Below, piece after piece: positions 45,999 through 55,976 of a DNA stretch of 64,000 nucleotides. The stretch comes from an uncultured bacterium (GTDB lineage Bacteria > Patescibacteriota > Dojkabacteria > SC72): the NCBI GenBank assembly GCA_903840015.1, contig CAIMEL010000004.1, positions 30,671 through 94,670 of the forward strand, in the 5' to 3' direction. The position numbers and the translations under genes are program-made. How positions within the stretch are numbered: position 1 is the stretch's first letter; each line of letters starts with the position of its first letter. Under the pieces are notes generated by a model, which had not been told where the DNA came from, did no database searches, and saw nothing but the letters and a program-made list of their open reading frames with translations.

Positions 45999-47795
45999 TT
46001 GATATCATTTGTGATTCTTGGATATGCCATCTGCCTCTCTTTGGCCTTAAAAGAAATTGTTTCCTTTCCCGAGTATACCTTTACATTAAACGGAACAGAG
46101 CAAGAGATTACCCTCCCTCATGAGAAATATACCTCCAACGAATTAGAAAGATTTCCATCTAACTACGATGAAGTTATACAAATAAATAATCTCTCCGTAG
46201 ATCAAAGAAATCGAATTGAGTTACTAAGATTTGGTAAAAGTGAGATAGATGAGAAAGGTTTGGACTATGCTTTCCTTTTAAAAAAATCCACACCTCTCTT
46301 ACTAACCTCCCAAATGTTACAGCTATATGTAGAGTATGAAATGATACATAGCAAGGAAAGGATAATAGAAAGTAACCTAATTTCGCAGTTGGGAAGTACA
46401 CTTACAAAGTTAAACATATACATTAATATTCTAGACAAATTACCACTATTCCCAAATCAAAAAATGAACGAAATCAAAAATACTTTGAAAGAATCCCTTC
46501 AGCTCCTGCAAAATAAAAAGTATGTTGATACTATTGCTTCACTTAACTCACTCCCAGATTCTATTACTAAGAATATTTCTAAATTTCTTTTCAAATTTAA
46601 ACTCAATGATGAGATAGAAGAGATAAATCAGATACATGCTGTTCTTGGACTACCTCAATTATTTACAAAACAAGATCTTGTAGAATCTAATTCTGAATAT
46701 ATCTTTTCCTTAGAGGGAAATTCTTGGGAAGAGTTACCTACCATATATGTAGAGAATGATACAGAATTCTACAATAATGTAGTTCCATATCTAAAATACA
46801 AAACTGAGATACTCTCACAACTTAATATCTCAAATGAAGATACATATACAACCCTTAAAGATATCTTAACTATTGAAGAGAAATCTAGTGGCATAACTGT
46901 AGAGCCTAATAAATTGGAGCAGACATATCGACGGATTCTCACAGTACTAAGCAAATTAGACTATCCTAGTACTCAAAGATTAACAACCCTTATCAAGACA
47001 ATAGAAAATAATGAGAAGAGGATTCTTACTGTTTCTCCATATATAAACAATTTAGAAGAGGAAATCGAAATAGAGGATGCAAATTTTGATCAAGATCTTG
47101 GTATTCAAGAAATTACACAACCAAAAGGTACTGTTCGTATACCCGTATTAATGTATCATCAAATTGCAGTAGCGCCAAAAGGGAGCAGTAAATTTGTTAA
47201 AGGGCTATATGTCTCTCCTGATGATTTTGAAGAACAGATAGCATATCTAACTAGAAACAATATAAAGACGCTGTCTTCCAAGGAATTCGCTGAGCTCCTA
47301 GCTACAGGAAAAAATCCCAAACAAAAAAGTGTCATGTTAACATTTGATGATGGACATCCGACCCATTATGCAGCAGCATACCCCATACTTAAGCGATATG
47401 GGCAAACAGGAGTATTTTTTGTGGTTTCTTCTAGAACTTCACTGTCATCTAATCAACTTAGAGAAATGGCACAGAACGGAATGAGTATTGATTCTCATTC
47501 TGCAACACATCCAAATTTGCAAAAAACAGATGAGTTAACGAAACTGTATTCAGAAATAGCAGGAAGTAAAGCTGCCTTACAAGCCAGAACAGGGAAAAGA
47601 GTCTATGCCATAGCTTACCCTGGTTGCGTCGCCGACACCGAGACCTATTCAGTAGTAGCCAACAGTGGATATAGTTTAGGATTCTCCTGTGGAAGAAAGA
47701 TTGATCATTACCCTTCGAACTCTCTATCTATCTCACGTGTACATGTTTTCACTGAGATGGAAAGATTCCTCAAGGCATTAGCAGGAAAACTTTAA
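45999..47795 (+). CDS. polysaccharide deacetylase (NodB-homology) with long N-terminal helical extracellular region
   Basis: 598 aa; N-terminal TM, ~370-aa repeat-poor region, C-terminal NodB domain (VLMYHQI, MLTFDDGH, DSHSATH). C-terminal 60 aa paralogous to 22044..22871. Confidence 0.8.
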   Translation: MISFVILGYAICLSLALKEIVSFPEYTFTLNGTEQEITLPHEKYTSNELERFPSNYDEVIQINNLSVDQRNRIELLRFGKSEIDEKGLDYAFLLKKSTPLLLTSQMLQLYVEYEMIHSKERIIESNLISQLGSTLTKLNIYINILDKLPLFPNQKMNEIKNTLKESLQLLQNKKYVDTIASLNSLPDSITKNISKFLFKFKLNDEIEEINQIHAVLGLPQLFTKQDLVESNSEYIFSLEGNSWEELPTIYVENDTEFYNNVVPYLKYKTEILSQLNISNEDTYTTLKDILTIEEKSSGITVEPNKLEQTYRRILTVLSKLDYPSTQRLTTLIKTIENNEKRILTVSPYINNLEEEIEIEDANFDQDLGIQEITQPKGTVRIPVLMYHQIAVAPKGSSKFVKGLYVSPDDFEEQIAYLTRNNIKTLSSKEFAELLATGKNPKQKSVMLTFDDGHPTHYAAAYPILKRYGQTGVFFVVSSRTSLSSNQLREMAQNGMSIDSHSATHPNLQKTDELTKLYSEIAGSKAALQARTGKRVYAIAYPGCVADTETYSVVANSGYSLGFSCGRKIDHYPSNSLSISRVHVFTEMERFLKALAGKL

Positions 47796-47859
47796 AAACA
47801 TATTTACAAAAGCAATATTCTCGATATACAATACAGAAATAAAATAATATTACAAAAAC

Positions 47860-48168
47860 ATGCAAAAGAAACTATATAGATCCGAGAAAAACAAGATAAT
47901 CGGTGGCGTATGTGGTGGTTTAGCTGAATATTTTGATATAGATCCTTCCATAGTGAGAATCGTTTTTGCTTTAGCTTTTTTTACAGAAGGATTTGGACTC
48001 TTACTTTACATAATACTTTGGATAATACTTCCTACCTCTTCTAGTATTGAAAAAGAATCAGGTGAGATCATAGAAGAAAACAAGGAAGAGATAAAGACAA
48101 AAGTAACAGAAGTAGCACGAAATATAAAAACAGAAGTGAAGACAGATACTAAGAGTAAGAAGAAATAA
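47860..48168 (+). CDS. pspC: PspC-domain (phage-shock protein C-like) membrane protein
   Basis: 102 aa; diagnostic LYRS..NK.I.GVCGGLAEYF.IDP..VRI.F PspC motif followed by a TM helix. Confidence 0.85.
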   Translation: MQKKLYRSEKNKIIGGVCGGLAEYFDIDPSIVRIVFALAFFTEGFGLLLYIILWIILPTSSSIEKESGEIIEENKEEIKTKVTEVARNIKTEVKTDTKSKKK

Positions 48169-48184
48169 ATTAATCTATATTAAA

Positions 48185-49174
48185 ATGAAAAGTAATAAAG
48201 ATTTCGGAGGAGCTGTTTTCCTAATATTTTTAGGAACTATCTTCCTTTTAAATACAACAGGAACAGTTGGATGGGGCATATGGGAGTATATCCTAGCCTT
48301 TTGGCCAATATTAATAGTTCTGATGGGATTGAAATTAATAATAGGGGAAAGTTTAATTGCAAGAATAATCCTAGGAATAATTTCTTTAATTGTATATACC
48401 TCTATTGGATTCATATCTTTCTATTCATATTCAAAAACAAACTCAGAGGTATTTCCATATGACATAATCAGAAATGTGGGAAAACACTATGACTTTAATG
48501 TTAATCGAGATTACAAAGAGGAAGAAACTATCATTAAAGAAGTTGACCACTTAGGAATTGAGAAAAGGAATCTCAATATAGATGTTGGTGCTTCCAAATT
48601 TACACTAGTGGAAGATAAAGAACTCTCTGACTATTTAAAACTGCAATCAAAATATGTACCTGGATACATTGAACCAAATTTGACAGCCAATGATTCTGAA
48701 AAAGAACTCACCATCTCTTTCAGAACTGAAACTCAAAGAAAAATGTTCCGATTTTGGAATGACATATCATCAACCTTTGATTTGACGATTGGGTTACCAA
48801 ATATTTTAACATCTTTAGATATAGACCTTGGAGCTGGAGAGGGAGACATAACTTTGAACAGAACACTCTTAGATACTGTTACTGTAAAGGTAGGCGCTGG
48901 AGACTTAGATATCTCACTTTTAGATTTCTCTGTGCCAAAGACAATTGACTTAAGCATAGGAGCAGCAAGTGTAAATCTTACAATCCCCAAAGATATTGGA
49001 TATGAGTTAACATACACCTTAGGAGTTGGTGATATTACAGAAAATGGGAAATCCATAGCTTCCTTTGTATCCAAAGAGGACACTTACAAATCTTCAAACT
49101 ATGATTCTGCCAAAAAGAAACTTTCAATAACTACAGATGTAGGTGTTGGTTCTTTAAATATTGTAACTAAATAA
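48185..49174 (+). CDS. LiaF-like membrane protein (cell-envelope stress module; DUF2154/DUF4097-like C-terminal beta-helix)
   Basis: 329 aa; N-terminal multi-TM W-rich region paralogous to the next gene; C-terminal repeats ..DIDLGAGEGDITL...VKVGAGDLDISL...VGVGSLNIV. Confidence 0.55.
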   Translation: MKSNKDFGGAVFLIFLGTIFLLNTTGTVGWGIWEYILAFWPILIVLMGLKLIIGESLIARIILGIISLIVYTSIGFISFYSYSKTNSEVFPYDIIRNVGKHYDFNVNRDYKEEETIIKEVDHLGIEKRNLNIDVGASKFTLVEDKELSDYLKLQSKYVPGYIEPNLTANDSEKELTISFRTETQRKMFRFWNDISSTFDLTIGLPNILTSLDIDLGAGEGDITLNRTLLDTVTVKVGAGDLDISLLDFSVPKTIDLSIGAASVNLTIPKDIGYELTYTLGVGDITENGKSIASFVSKEDTYKSSNYDSAKKKLSITTDVGVGSLNIVTK

Positions 49175-49190
49175 ATTTAATACAAATATT

Positions 49191-49859
49191 ATGAAAGTAT
49201 CAAATAAAATGATTTTTGGGGTAATACTAGTAGTCATTGGACTCTTACTCTTCATTGATCGAACCGGAGTATTGACCTTTAACTTTTGGTCCTCCATCTG
49301 GACCTTTTGGCCATTAATACTAGTATTCTTAGGTATAAAACTTTTCTTTGAGAACAAGATCCCAGGAGCAATTATCTTAACTACTTTAGGTACTGTTCTT
49401 TTCTTAACAAATGTCTTTGATTGGAATTTCTTTGCAATACTTTGGCCATTAGCCATTATTGCAATTGGTATATCAGTACTATTTAAAGAAGAAGACTTTA
49501 AGGTTAATAACTCTAGTACCAAAGGCAATGAAGAGAAGATTGACGATACAGCAATATTCTGGGGTGTAGAAAAGAAGAATATTTCCAAAGATTTCAAGGG
49601 AGGCGAAGTAAATGCAATTTTTGGTGGATATGAATTAGATCTACGAGAAAGCAAAGTAAGTAAAGAGGGAGCAAAATTATCAGTCAATGCGATATTTGGT
49701 GGAGTAGAGGTTTCTGTCCCAAAGGATTGCAGAGTTATTACAAACGGAACGGGAATTCTTGGAGGATGGAGTTCTACCGTAAAACCTAATGATTTAAAAA
49801 CTCCCGTATTAGAGATAACTGGAAGTGCAATTTTTGGTGGAGTTGAGATAAAAGAATAG
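49191..49859 (+). CDS. LiaF-like membrane protein (paralog of upstream gene)
   Basis: 222 aa; N-terminal 4-TM region; C-terminal repeated AIFGG.E(L/V) pattern typical of the LiaF C-terminal domain. Confidence 0.6.
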   Translation: MKVSNKMIFGVILVVIGLLLFIDRTGVLTFNFWSSIWTFWPLILVFLGIKLFFENKIPGAIILTTLGTVLFLTNVFDWNFFAILWPLAIIAIGISVLFKEEDFKVNNSSTKGNEEKIDDTAIFWGVEKKNISKDFKGGEVNAIFGGYELDLRESKVSKEGAKLSVNAIFGGVEVSVPKDCRVITNGTGILGGWSSTVKPNDLKTPVLEITGSAIFGGVEIKE

Positions 49860-49906
49860 TAAAATCAAATATGATATATTGTATATAATTAACTTGTATA
49901 CAATTT

Positions 49907-51379
49907 GTGATGCAAAAAGAATATCTTTTTCTTGGTGATGATAGTGTAAATAATGGCAGATATATGCTTGCGGTATATAGAATTATTCCTGCCGATGGAT
50001 TGACCTTAGAAGATGTTGCAACTGAGGTTGCTGCAGAATCTTCTACAGGAACAAGTATAAAGGTTGGTTCTGCAACAGAGTTTTCTCTCAGTAATAATGC
50101 AAAGGTCTACAAGATAGATGAAGAAAAAAATCTCGTATGGATTGCTTACCCATGGGAGATTTTCGATACAGGAGGTAACATACAAAATATTCTAACCTAT
50201 GTTGCAGGTAATATTTTAGGAGTAAGCGAAGTTAAAGCATGCAAACTACTTGATGTTCACTTTCCTCCAGAGATGCTAGTTAGATACGATGGACCAAGCT
50301 ATACCATCGACGATATGAGAGCATACTTAAATGTTTGGGATTCTCCAATACTAGGTTCCATCATAAAACCAAAGATTGGTTTAACTCCTGCGCAGTATGC
50401 TGAACTAGCATACGATTTCTGGGTAGGTGGAGGACACTTTGTGAAGAATGATGAACCTCAATCCGATCAATCTTTCTGTAACTATGAATTAATGGTCAAA
50501 TCAATTAGGATTGCTATGGACAGAGCAGAACAGGAAACAGGTCATACTAAAGTACATTCCTTTAACGTTTCAGCAGCTGATTTTGACACCATGCTCCACA
50601 GAGCAGACTTTGTAGCTGCAAATATGAAGCCTGGAAGCTATGCATATTTAATAGATGGTATAACTGCTGGTTGGATGGCGGTACAAACACTAAGAAGAAG
50701 ATATCCAAATACATTCATACATTTCCACAGAGCAGGACACGGCGCATACACAAGAATGGAAAACCCAATAGGGTACACAGTTGAAACTCTTACAAAATTT
50801 GCCCGTCTAGCAGGTGCCTCTGGTATACATACAGGTACTGCAGGTGTTGGGAAAATGTCAGGAGACTCTAGGACAGATATAACGGCAGCTCATCATGGAC
50901 TAAGATTAAAATCATCTGGAGAATTTTTCGATCAGGCTTGGAGTAAAATCTCTGAGAAAGATGCAGATATTGCCAGTATGATTCAGAAAGAGGAAGAGAA
51001 ATGGGATGGAGATTGTAGAGGATTCTTGGAAGAGAGAGTAGCGAAGAAGGCTGAATTCACATACAAATCTGATACTTCAAGAGTCATACTAAAAACTGCA
51101 CCAATTATTTCAGGTGGCCTAAACCCAACACTCTTAGACGACTTCCTCAATGTTATGGGCACAATTGATTTCATAACTACAATGGGAGCAGGAGTACACT
51201 CACATCCAATGGGAACCAAGGCAGGTGCGAAGGCAGTATTACAAGCATACGAAGCATGGAAGAAGGGTGTTACTATCCAAGAGTATTCGAAAGATTTCCA
51301 GGAATTAGCTATTGCTATAGATTTCTTTGAGAAAAACAAAACCAATACACACAAACTAAAAGGTTACGAACAGGTTTAG
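49907..51379 (+). CDS. rbcL: ribulose-1,5-bisphosphate carboxylase/oxygenase large-subunit homolog (form II/III or III type)
   Basis: 490 aa; RuBisCO active-site motifs KPKIGL, GGHFVKNDE (carbamylated Lys region), HFHRAGHG, GGL..; no small-subunit gene adjacent. Confidence 0.9.
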   Translation: MMQKEYLFLGDDSVNNGRYMLAVYRIIPADGLTLEDVATEVAAESSTGTSIKVGSATEFSLSNNAKVYKIDEEKNLVWIAYPWEIFDTGGNIQNILTYVAGNILGVSEVKACKLLDVHFPPEMLVRYDGPSYTIDDMRAYLNVWDSPILGSIIKPKIGLTPAQYAELAYDFWVGGGHFVKNDEPQSDQSFCNYELMVKSIRIAMDRAEQETGHTKVHSFNVSAADFDTMLHRADFVAANMKPGSYAYLIDGITAGWMAVQTLRRRYPNTFIHFHRAGHGAYTRMENPIGYTVETLTKFARLAGASGIHTGTAGVGKMSGDSRTDITAAHHGLRLKSSGEFFDQAWSKISEKDADIASMIQKEEEKWDGDCRGFLEERVAKKAEFTYKSDTSRVILKTAPIISGGLNPTLLDDFLNVMGTIDFITTMGAGVHSHPMGTKAGAKAVLQAYEAWKKGVTIQEYSKDFQELAIAIDFFEKNKTNTHKLKGYEQV

Positions 51380-51434
51380 TAGAAAAAGAATCCTACTTTT
51401 ATTACTTCTTTTGTGATAGAATGGTCCCCTGTAT

Positions 51435-53330
51435 ATGTCTAATTCCCAAGTAGAACAACAAAACTTAAGAAATATCGCCATTATTGCCCATGTTGACCAC
51501 GGTAAAACAACCTTGGTTGATGCTTTCATGAAACAGACCAATCTTTTCAGAGAGAATCAAGATGAAATGAATCAAGAAAGAATTCTTGATGTTGGAGAAT
51601 TAGAGAAAGAGAAAGGAATCACTATTAATGCGAAGAATATCTCCATAAGGTACAAGGGTGTAAAGATAAATATCATAGATACTCCCGGACACGCTGATTT
51701 TGGTGGAGAAGTTGAAAGAACTTTAAATATGGCGGATAGCTGTTTGCTTCTAGTGGATGCAAAAGAAGGAACAATGCCACAAACAAAGTTTGTTCTCAAA
51801 AAGGCTTTGGAGCTAGGCTTAAAACCAGTTGTAGTAGTAAACAAAATAGACAAAAAATTAGCAAATATTAAGAAAACCATATCAAAGATTCAAGATCTTT
51901 TCTTAGCACTTGCAACAGACACCTCTCAATTAGACTTCCCTATATTCTATGGAATCTCACGAGAAGGGAAAATATGGAAAGAAATACCACAAGGTGATCT
52001 AACTATACCTAACAGTACAGAGGGAGATCTTCTCCCAATACTTGATGAAATAGTAGAGAACTTGCCATCTCCGAAGGGAGATCCGAATGGACCATTCCAA
52101 ATGCAAATAACATCGGTGGAATACAATGAACATCTTGGGAGATATCTCATCGGAAAAATCTCACGCGGAACTTTAAAAGTAGATGATCCAATCATCTTAC
52201 TTTCAGAGAAAGAAGGATTTGAAAAGAAACAGGGTAGAGTAAGGGAAATTTTCTTGAAAGAAGGACTTCAGTGGGAGAAACAAAATTCAGCTAGTGTTGG
52301 TGAAATAATTGCTCTTACAGGTATAGATTCTACAGATATCGGAGCAACAATATGTGGATTAGAGAACCCTGAAGCATTACCTGAGATCAAAATTACACCT
52401 CCTTCAGTTAGAGTAAAGTTTTCTGCTAACACATCACCATTTGTTGGGAAGGAAGGTAAGTTAGTTACTGCAAAGCAATTACAACAAAGATTGGAACAAG
52501 AAAAAAATTTGAATATTAGTCTTAAAATTACAAATACAGGTAGTAACAATTATTATGTCTCAGGAAGGGGAGAGCTTCAACTTGCGATATTGATTGAGCA
52601 ATTACGCAGAGAGGGATATGAGTTTGAACTTGGTAAACCAGAGGTTATTCTACAGGAAAGAGAAGGGAAAAGGTGTGAACCATTAGAAGAGCTTACTATT
52701 GATGCTCCAGATGAATATATGAGCACTATCACACAAGAAGTTAACGAAAGAAAAGGTAAACTGATTAATATTGAAACGGAGGAAGGACAAACAAGATTTA
52801 CTTTCAATATACTTACCAGAAATCTCATAGGTCTTCATCGAGTATTAATGAATGCTACAAAAGGGACAGCAATTATAAATAGCTTCATTGTCGACTATAT
52901 TCCTTACGAGAAAAGTGATGAGCTTTTCCGAAAAGGAGTAATAATATCATCTGAGACAGGTACTGCCCTAGCATACTCATTAATGAGCATACAAGACAGA
53001 GGAAGACTATTTATTGAAGGATCCACTGCTGTATATGAAGGAATGATAATTGGAATTAATAATCATGAGAGTGACTTAGAGGTTAATCCTTGTAAAGCAA
53101 GACACAAAACGAATGTGAGGATGTCACATGCCGAAGTAACTGAGATTGCCCTTAAGGCACCAATACAGCTAACCATAGAATATGCTCTTTCTTTCATCAG
53201 AAGTGATGAATTGATTGAGGTTACACCTAAGAATGTCAGACTAAGAAAGAAGCTTTTAACAGCAACACAGAGGACTTGGTCAAAGAGAAAAAATCTGACA
53301 GAGTACGCAAAGGAACACTTGGAGGGATAA
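51435..53330 (+). CDS. typA: translational GTPase TypA/BipA
   Basis: 631 aa; G-domain AHVDHGKTTLVD, DTPGHADF, NKID; EF-G-like domains and BipA C-terminal domain. Confidence 0.9.
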   Translation: MSNSQVEQQNLRNIAIIAHVDHGKTTLVDAFMKQTNLFRENQDEMNQERILDVGELEKEKGITINAKNISIRYKGVKINIIDTPGHADFGGEVERTLNMADSCLLLVDAKEGTMPQTKFVLKKALELGLKPVVVVNKIDKKLANIKKTISKIQDLFLALATDTSQLDFPIFYGISREGKIWKEIPQGDLTIPNSTEGDLLPILDEIVENLPSPKGDPNGPFQMQITSVEYNEHLGRYLIGKISRGTLKVDDPIILLSEKEGFEKKQGRVREIFLKEGLQWEKQNSASVGEIIALTGIDSTDIGATICGLENPEALPEIKITPPSVRVKFSANTSPFVGKEGKLVTAKQLQQRLEQEKNLNISLKITNTGSNNYYVSGRGELQLAILIEQLRREGYEFELGKPEVILQEREGKRCEPLEELTIDAPDEYMSTITQEVNERKGKLINIETEEGQTRFTFNILTRNLIGLHRVLMNATKGTAIINSFIVDYIPYEKSDELFRKGVIISSETGTALAYSLMSIQDRGRLFIEGSTAVYEGMIIGINNHESDLEVNPCKARHKTNVRMSHAEVTEIALKAPIQLTIEYALSFIRSDELIEVTPKNVRLRKKLLTATQRTWSKRKNLTEYAKEHLEG

Positions 53331-53355
53331 TCCTTAAGTCTATATAAAAAGAAAA

Positions 53356-53378
53356 GGGAGTACTTAGTACTCCCTTTT
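53356..53378. terminator. bidirectional rho-independent terminator (GGGAGTAC-TTA-GTACTCCC flanked by A-tract and T-tract)
   Basis: 8-bp perfect stem with TTTT downstream on plus and AAAAAGAAAAG upstream; sits between convergent typA (+) and RRM gene (-). Confidence 0.7.
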
Positions 53379-53398
53379 AATTAACAAAATACTATTGA

Positions 53399-53698
53399 TT
53401 ATCTATCAAAGCTTCTTCTGTTATCACCACCAAATGATCCTCGGTCTCGAGATTCCTCTCTTGCTTCGGAAACATTGATAGCTCTTCCATCGACTTCTTT
53501 GCCATTAAGCTCAGAAATTGCATTCTGTGCTTCCTCTTCTGTGGACATAGTAACAAAACCAAATCCTTTGGATCTGTTCTTGATTCTATCCATAATTACT
53601 ACTGCTTCTTCAACAGTACCTACGGCACCAAAAATCTCCTTGAGTTGCTCGTCTCTGACATCCCAACTAAGGTTACCTATAAATAATTTTTTACCCAT
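53399..53698 (-). CDS. RRM-domain RNA-binding protein with C-terminal R/G/D-rich tail
   Basis: 99 aa; RNP2 (LFIGNL) and RNP1 (KGFGFVTM) motifs. Confidence 0.85.
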   Translation of the reverse strand: MGKKLFIGNLSWDVRDEQLKEIFGAVGTVEEAVVIMDRIKNRSKGFGFVTMSTEEEAQNAISELNGKEVDGRAINVSEAREESRDRGSFGGDNRRSFDR

Positions 53699-53831
53699 TA
53701 TTTATAAAAAATAAAAAAATTAAATTCGCTACACCACAAAAATGGGAGATTTACACTCTAAGCAGTCTGTTTGAAGAAAGCTTCCATAGCTACCCATATT
53801 ATATCATACTATTCATTTAAAAAGATAGAGA

Positions 53832-55163
53832 CTAGACCATACCCTTTGCAGCCATAATACCTGTGACTGCAGCACCTGTTATAGAGCCTGATAAACCAGC
53901 ACCATCCCCAGCTACATATAGGTTTTGAATACTAGTCTGCATACTTGTATCAGTAGATATTTTCGAAGATCGGAATTTTACCTCGGGTGCATAGAGTAGT
54001 GTAGATCCAGAATTAATACCAGGCATCACCTTATCTAATATCTCTAAGCCTTCAATGATATTAACCACTATTCGATATGGCAAAGCCATAGAAATATCAC
54101 CTGGTGTAACATCAGTAAGAGATGGAGTAACAAAAGATTTTTCTAAACGACTCTCTGTACTTCTCCTACCGAATCTCAAATCCTCGAGACTTTGCAATAT
54201 CGGCTTACCTCCACCTATTGTTGAAGCAACTTCGGCTATAGATTTGGCATAGGCTATTGAATTTTCAACCGGTTTTGTTAAGTTTACCTCACAAAGAAAT
54301 GCAAAATTAGAGTTCCTAGAATCATGATCTGAGTTCGAATGACCATTTACACAAACATACCCATCATACTTCTCTGTGGCAACCAAACCTCTTGGGCAAC
54401 TACAAAAAGTCCTAACAATATCATGATATGTTTTTGTTCTTACCCTATACACAGTCTCATACAGCACCTCTGCTTGGCGTTTCATAATGGAGTATGGAAA
54501 CTCTACACGAACACCAACCTCAACCTTGTCATATACATATTCAATTCCGTACTGTCCTGCTAGATTCTGCATCCATTTGGCATTTACTCTCCCAGGTGCT
54601 AGAAGTACTTTCTTCCCAAGTATCTCCCCTTTATCTGTCATGACACCACAAACTTTGTTTTCCTTAATTATCAAATCAACAACCTTAGTCTCATCCAAAA
54701 ATTCGACACCTTTTTCTAAGAGGTACTGTTGGAAATTCAACATAACACTTTTCAATTTATCAGTTCCAACGTGTCGTGCCTTTCTAACTACCAATTCAAT
54801 ATCGGATCTTTCAGCCTCAGATATTAATTCCTCCAATCTAGAATCTTCTTTAGGGAAATATTCAGAGTCAACACCAAAGTCAGTAAGAGTTTCATCAACG
54901 TAATCAAGAATTTTTTGATATTTACTCTTTGCCAAGAGATGAAATGCTTTCTCATGAGAAAGATTGGCAGTAAGTGTAAGTTTACCATCTGAAAAGGTTC
55001 CTGCTCCACCAAAACCTGACATTATCTCACTTTCCTTCCTCTTACCGAGTCTCTTACCCATATCAATTAACAAGATTTTTCTTTTCTTCTTACCTTTGAG
55101 AAGTTCATAACAAGCAAAAACACCAGCGGGTCCTGCACCAACTACAATAACATCGTATTTCAT
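53832..55163 (-). CDS. FAD-dependent oxidoreductase (COG2509-like NAD(FAD)-utilizing dehydrogenase)
   Basis: 443 aa; N-terminal dinucleotide-binding VIVVGAGPAG; second GxGxxG near C-terminus (YVAGDGAG). Confidence 0.65.
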   Translation of the reverse strand: MKYDVIVVGAGPAGVFACYELLKGKKKRKILLIDMGKRLGKRKESEIMSGFGGAGTFSDGKLTLTANLSHEKAFHLLAKSKYQKILDYVDETLTDFGVDSEYFPKEDSRLEELISEAERSDIELVVRKARHVGTDKLKSVMLNFQQYLLEKGVEFLDETKVVDLIIKENKVCGVMTDKGEILGKKVLLAPGRVNAKWMQNLAGQYGIEYVYDKVEVGVRVEFPYSIMKRQAEVLYETVYRVRTKTYHDIVRTFCSCPRGLVATEKYDGYVCVNGHSNSDHDSRNSNFAFLCEVNLTKPVENSIAYAKSIAEVASTIGGGKPILQSLEDLRFGRRSTESRLEKSFVTPSLTDVTPGDISMALPYRIVVNIIEGLEILDKVMPGINSGSTLLYAPEVKFRSSKISTDTSMQTSIQNLYVAGDGAGLSGSITGAAVTGIMAAKGMV

Positions 55164-55237
55164 GAATTTAAGACTTATGTTAACAAATCATTTTAATATA
55201 TTTTTTACTATTCTTACATACTTTAATATAATACGGT

Positions 55238-55774
55238 ATGGGAAAGGATATATTAATACATACCTGTTGTGCAGATTGCTTTTTAAACGCTACTGCATAT
55301 CTGTTAGAGAAGAATATTATAGATATAAATACAAATGTGGAGAGTTATTTTTTTAACCCTAATATACATCCCCGTTCTGAATATCAAGCCAGATTAGGTG
55401 CTTTGAAAAAAACTATCTCAACATTAGAGAAGATCTCCATAAAGCTTGTAGTACCTGATTACAAACCTGCTATATATATGGATCTAGTTAAGGAGAATTT
55501 GAATTCTCGTTGTAAAATCTGCTGGAGACTAAGATTAGAAGAATCTTTTAAATACGCAGCAGAGAACAACATTAAGGATATTACATCAACAATGCTAACG
55601 AGCAATTATCTCAATAGAGAAGCTATTTTAAAAATTGCAAATGAACTAAAAACTGAATACAAAATAAATTTCATAGCATTGGATAACCAGTGTAATTGTC
55701 TTCATCACGGATTCTACAAACAGAACTACTGCGGCTGTTGTTTCTCCTTAACAGAGAGAATGATATGTAAATAG
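55238..55774 (+). CDS. queH: epoxyqueuosine reductase QueH (DUF208)
   Basis: 178 aa; LIHTCCADC motif (QueH CCxxC) plus additional conserved Cys pairs (CKICW, CNC, CGCC). Confidence 0.75.
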   Translation: MGKDILIHTCCADCFLNATAYLLEKNIIDINTNVESYFFNPNIHPRSEYQARLGALKKTISTLEKISIKLVVPDYKPAIYMDLVKENLNSRCKICWRLRLEESFKYAAENNIKDITSTMLTSNYLNREAILKIANELKTEYKINFIALDNQCNCLHHGFYKQNYCGCCFSLTERMICK

Positions 55775-55877
55775 TGCAAGATTGCTACAAGCCTTTTATT
55801 ACTTTCCTTTTCTGAAACATATGTGATAGATTGGAACTTCCTTTTCAAAAAATACTTAAAATATCAGATCAACCATC

Positions 55878-55970
55878 ATGTTAACAAAGATTCTTGAACT
55901 AGTTATGTACATCACTATAATTTCTTTGGTACTAGGAGTGATAGCAGTCATAAATACAATTATGGTATAA
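55878..55970 (+). CDS. candidate 30-aa hydrophobic micro-peptide, not in ORF track
   Basis: ATG..TAA: MLTKILELVMYITIISLVLGVIAVINTIMV; single predicted TM helix; no SD. Confidence 0.3.
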   Translation: MLTKILELVMYITIISLVLGVIAVINTIMV

Positions 55971-55976
55971 GTAGAT

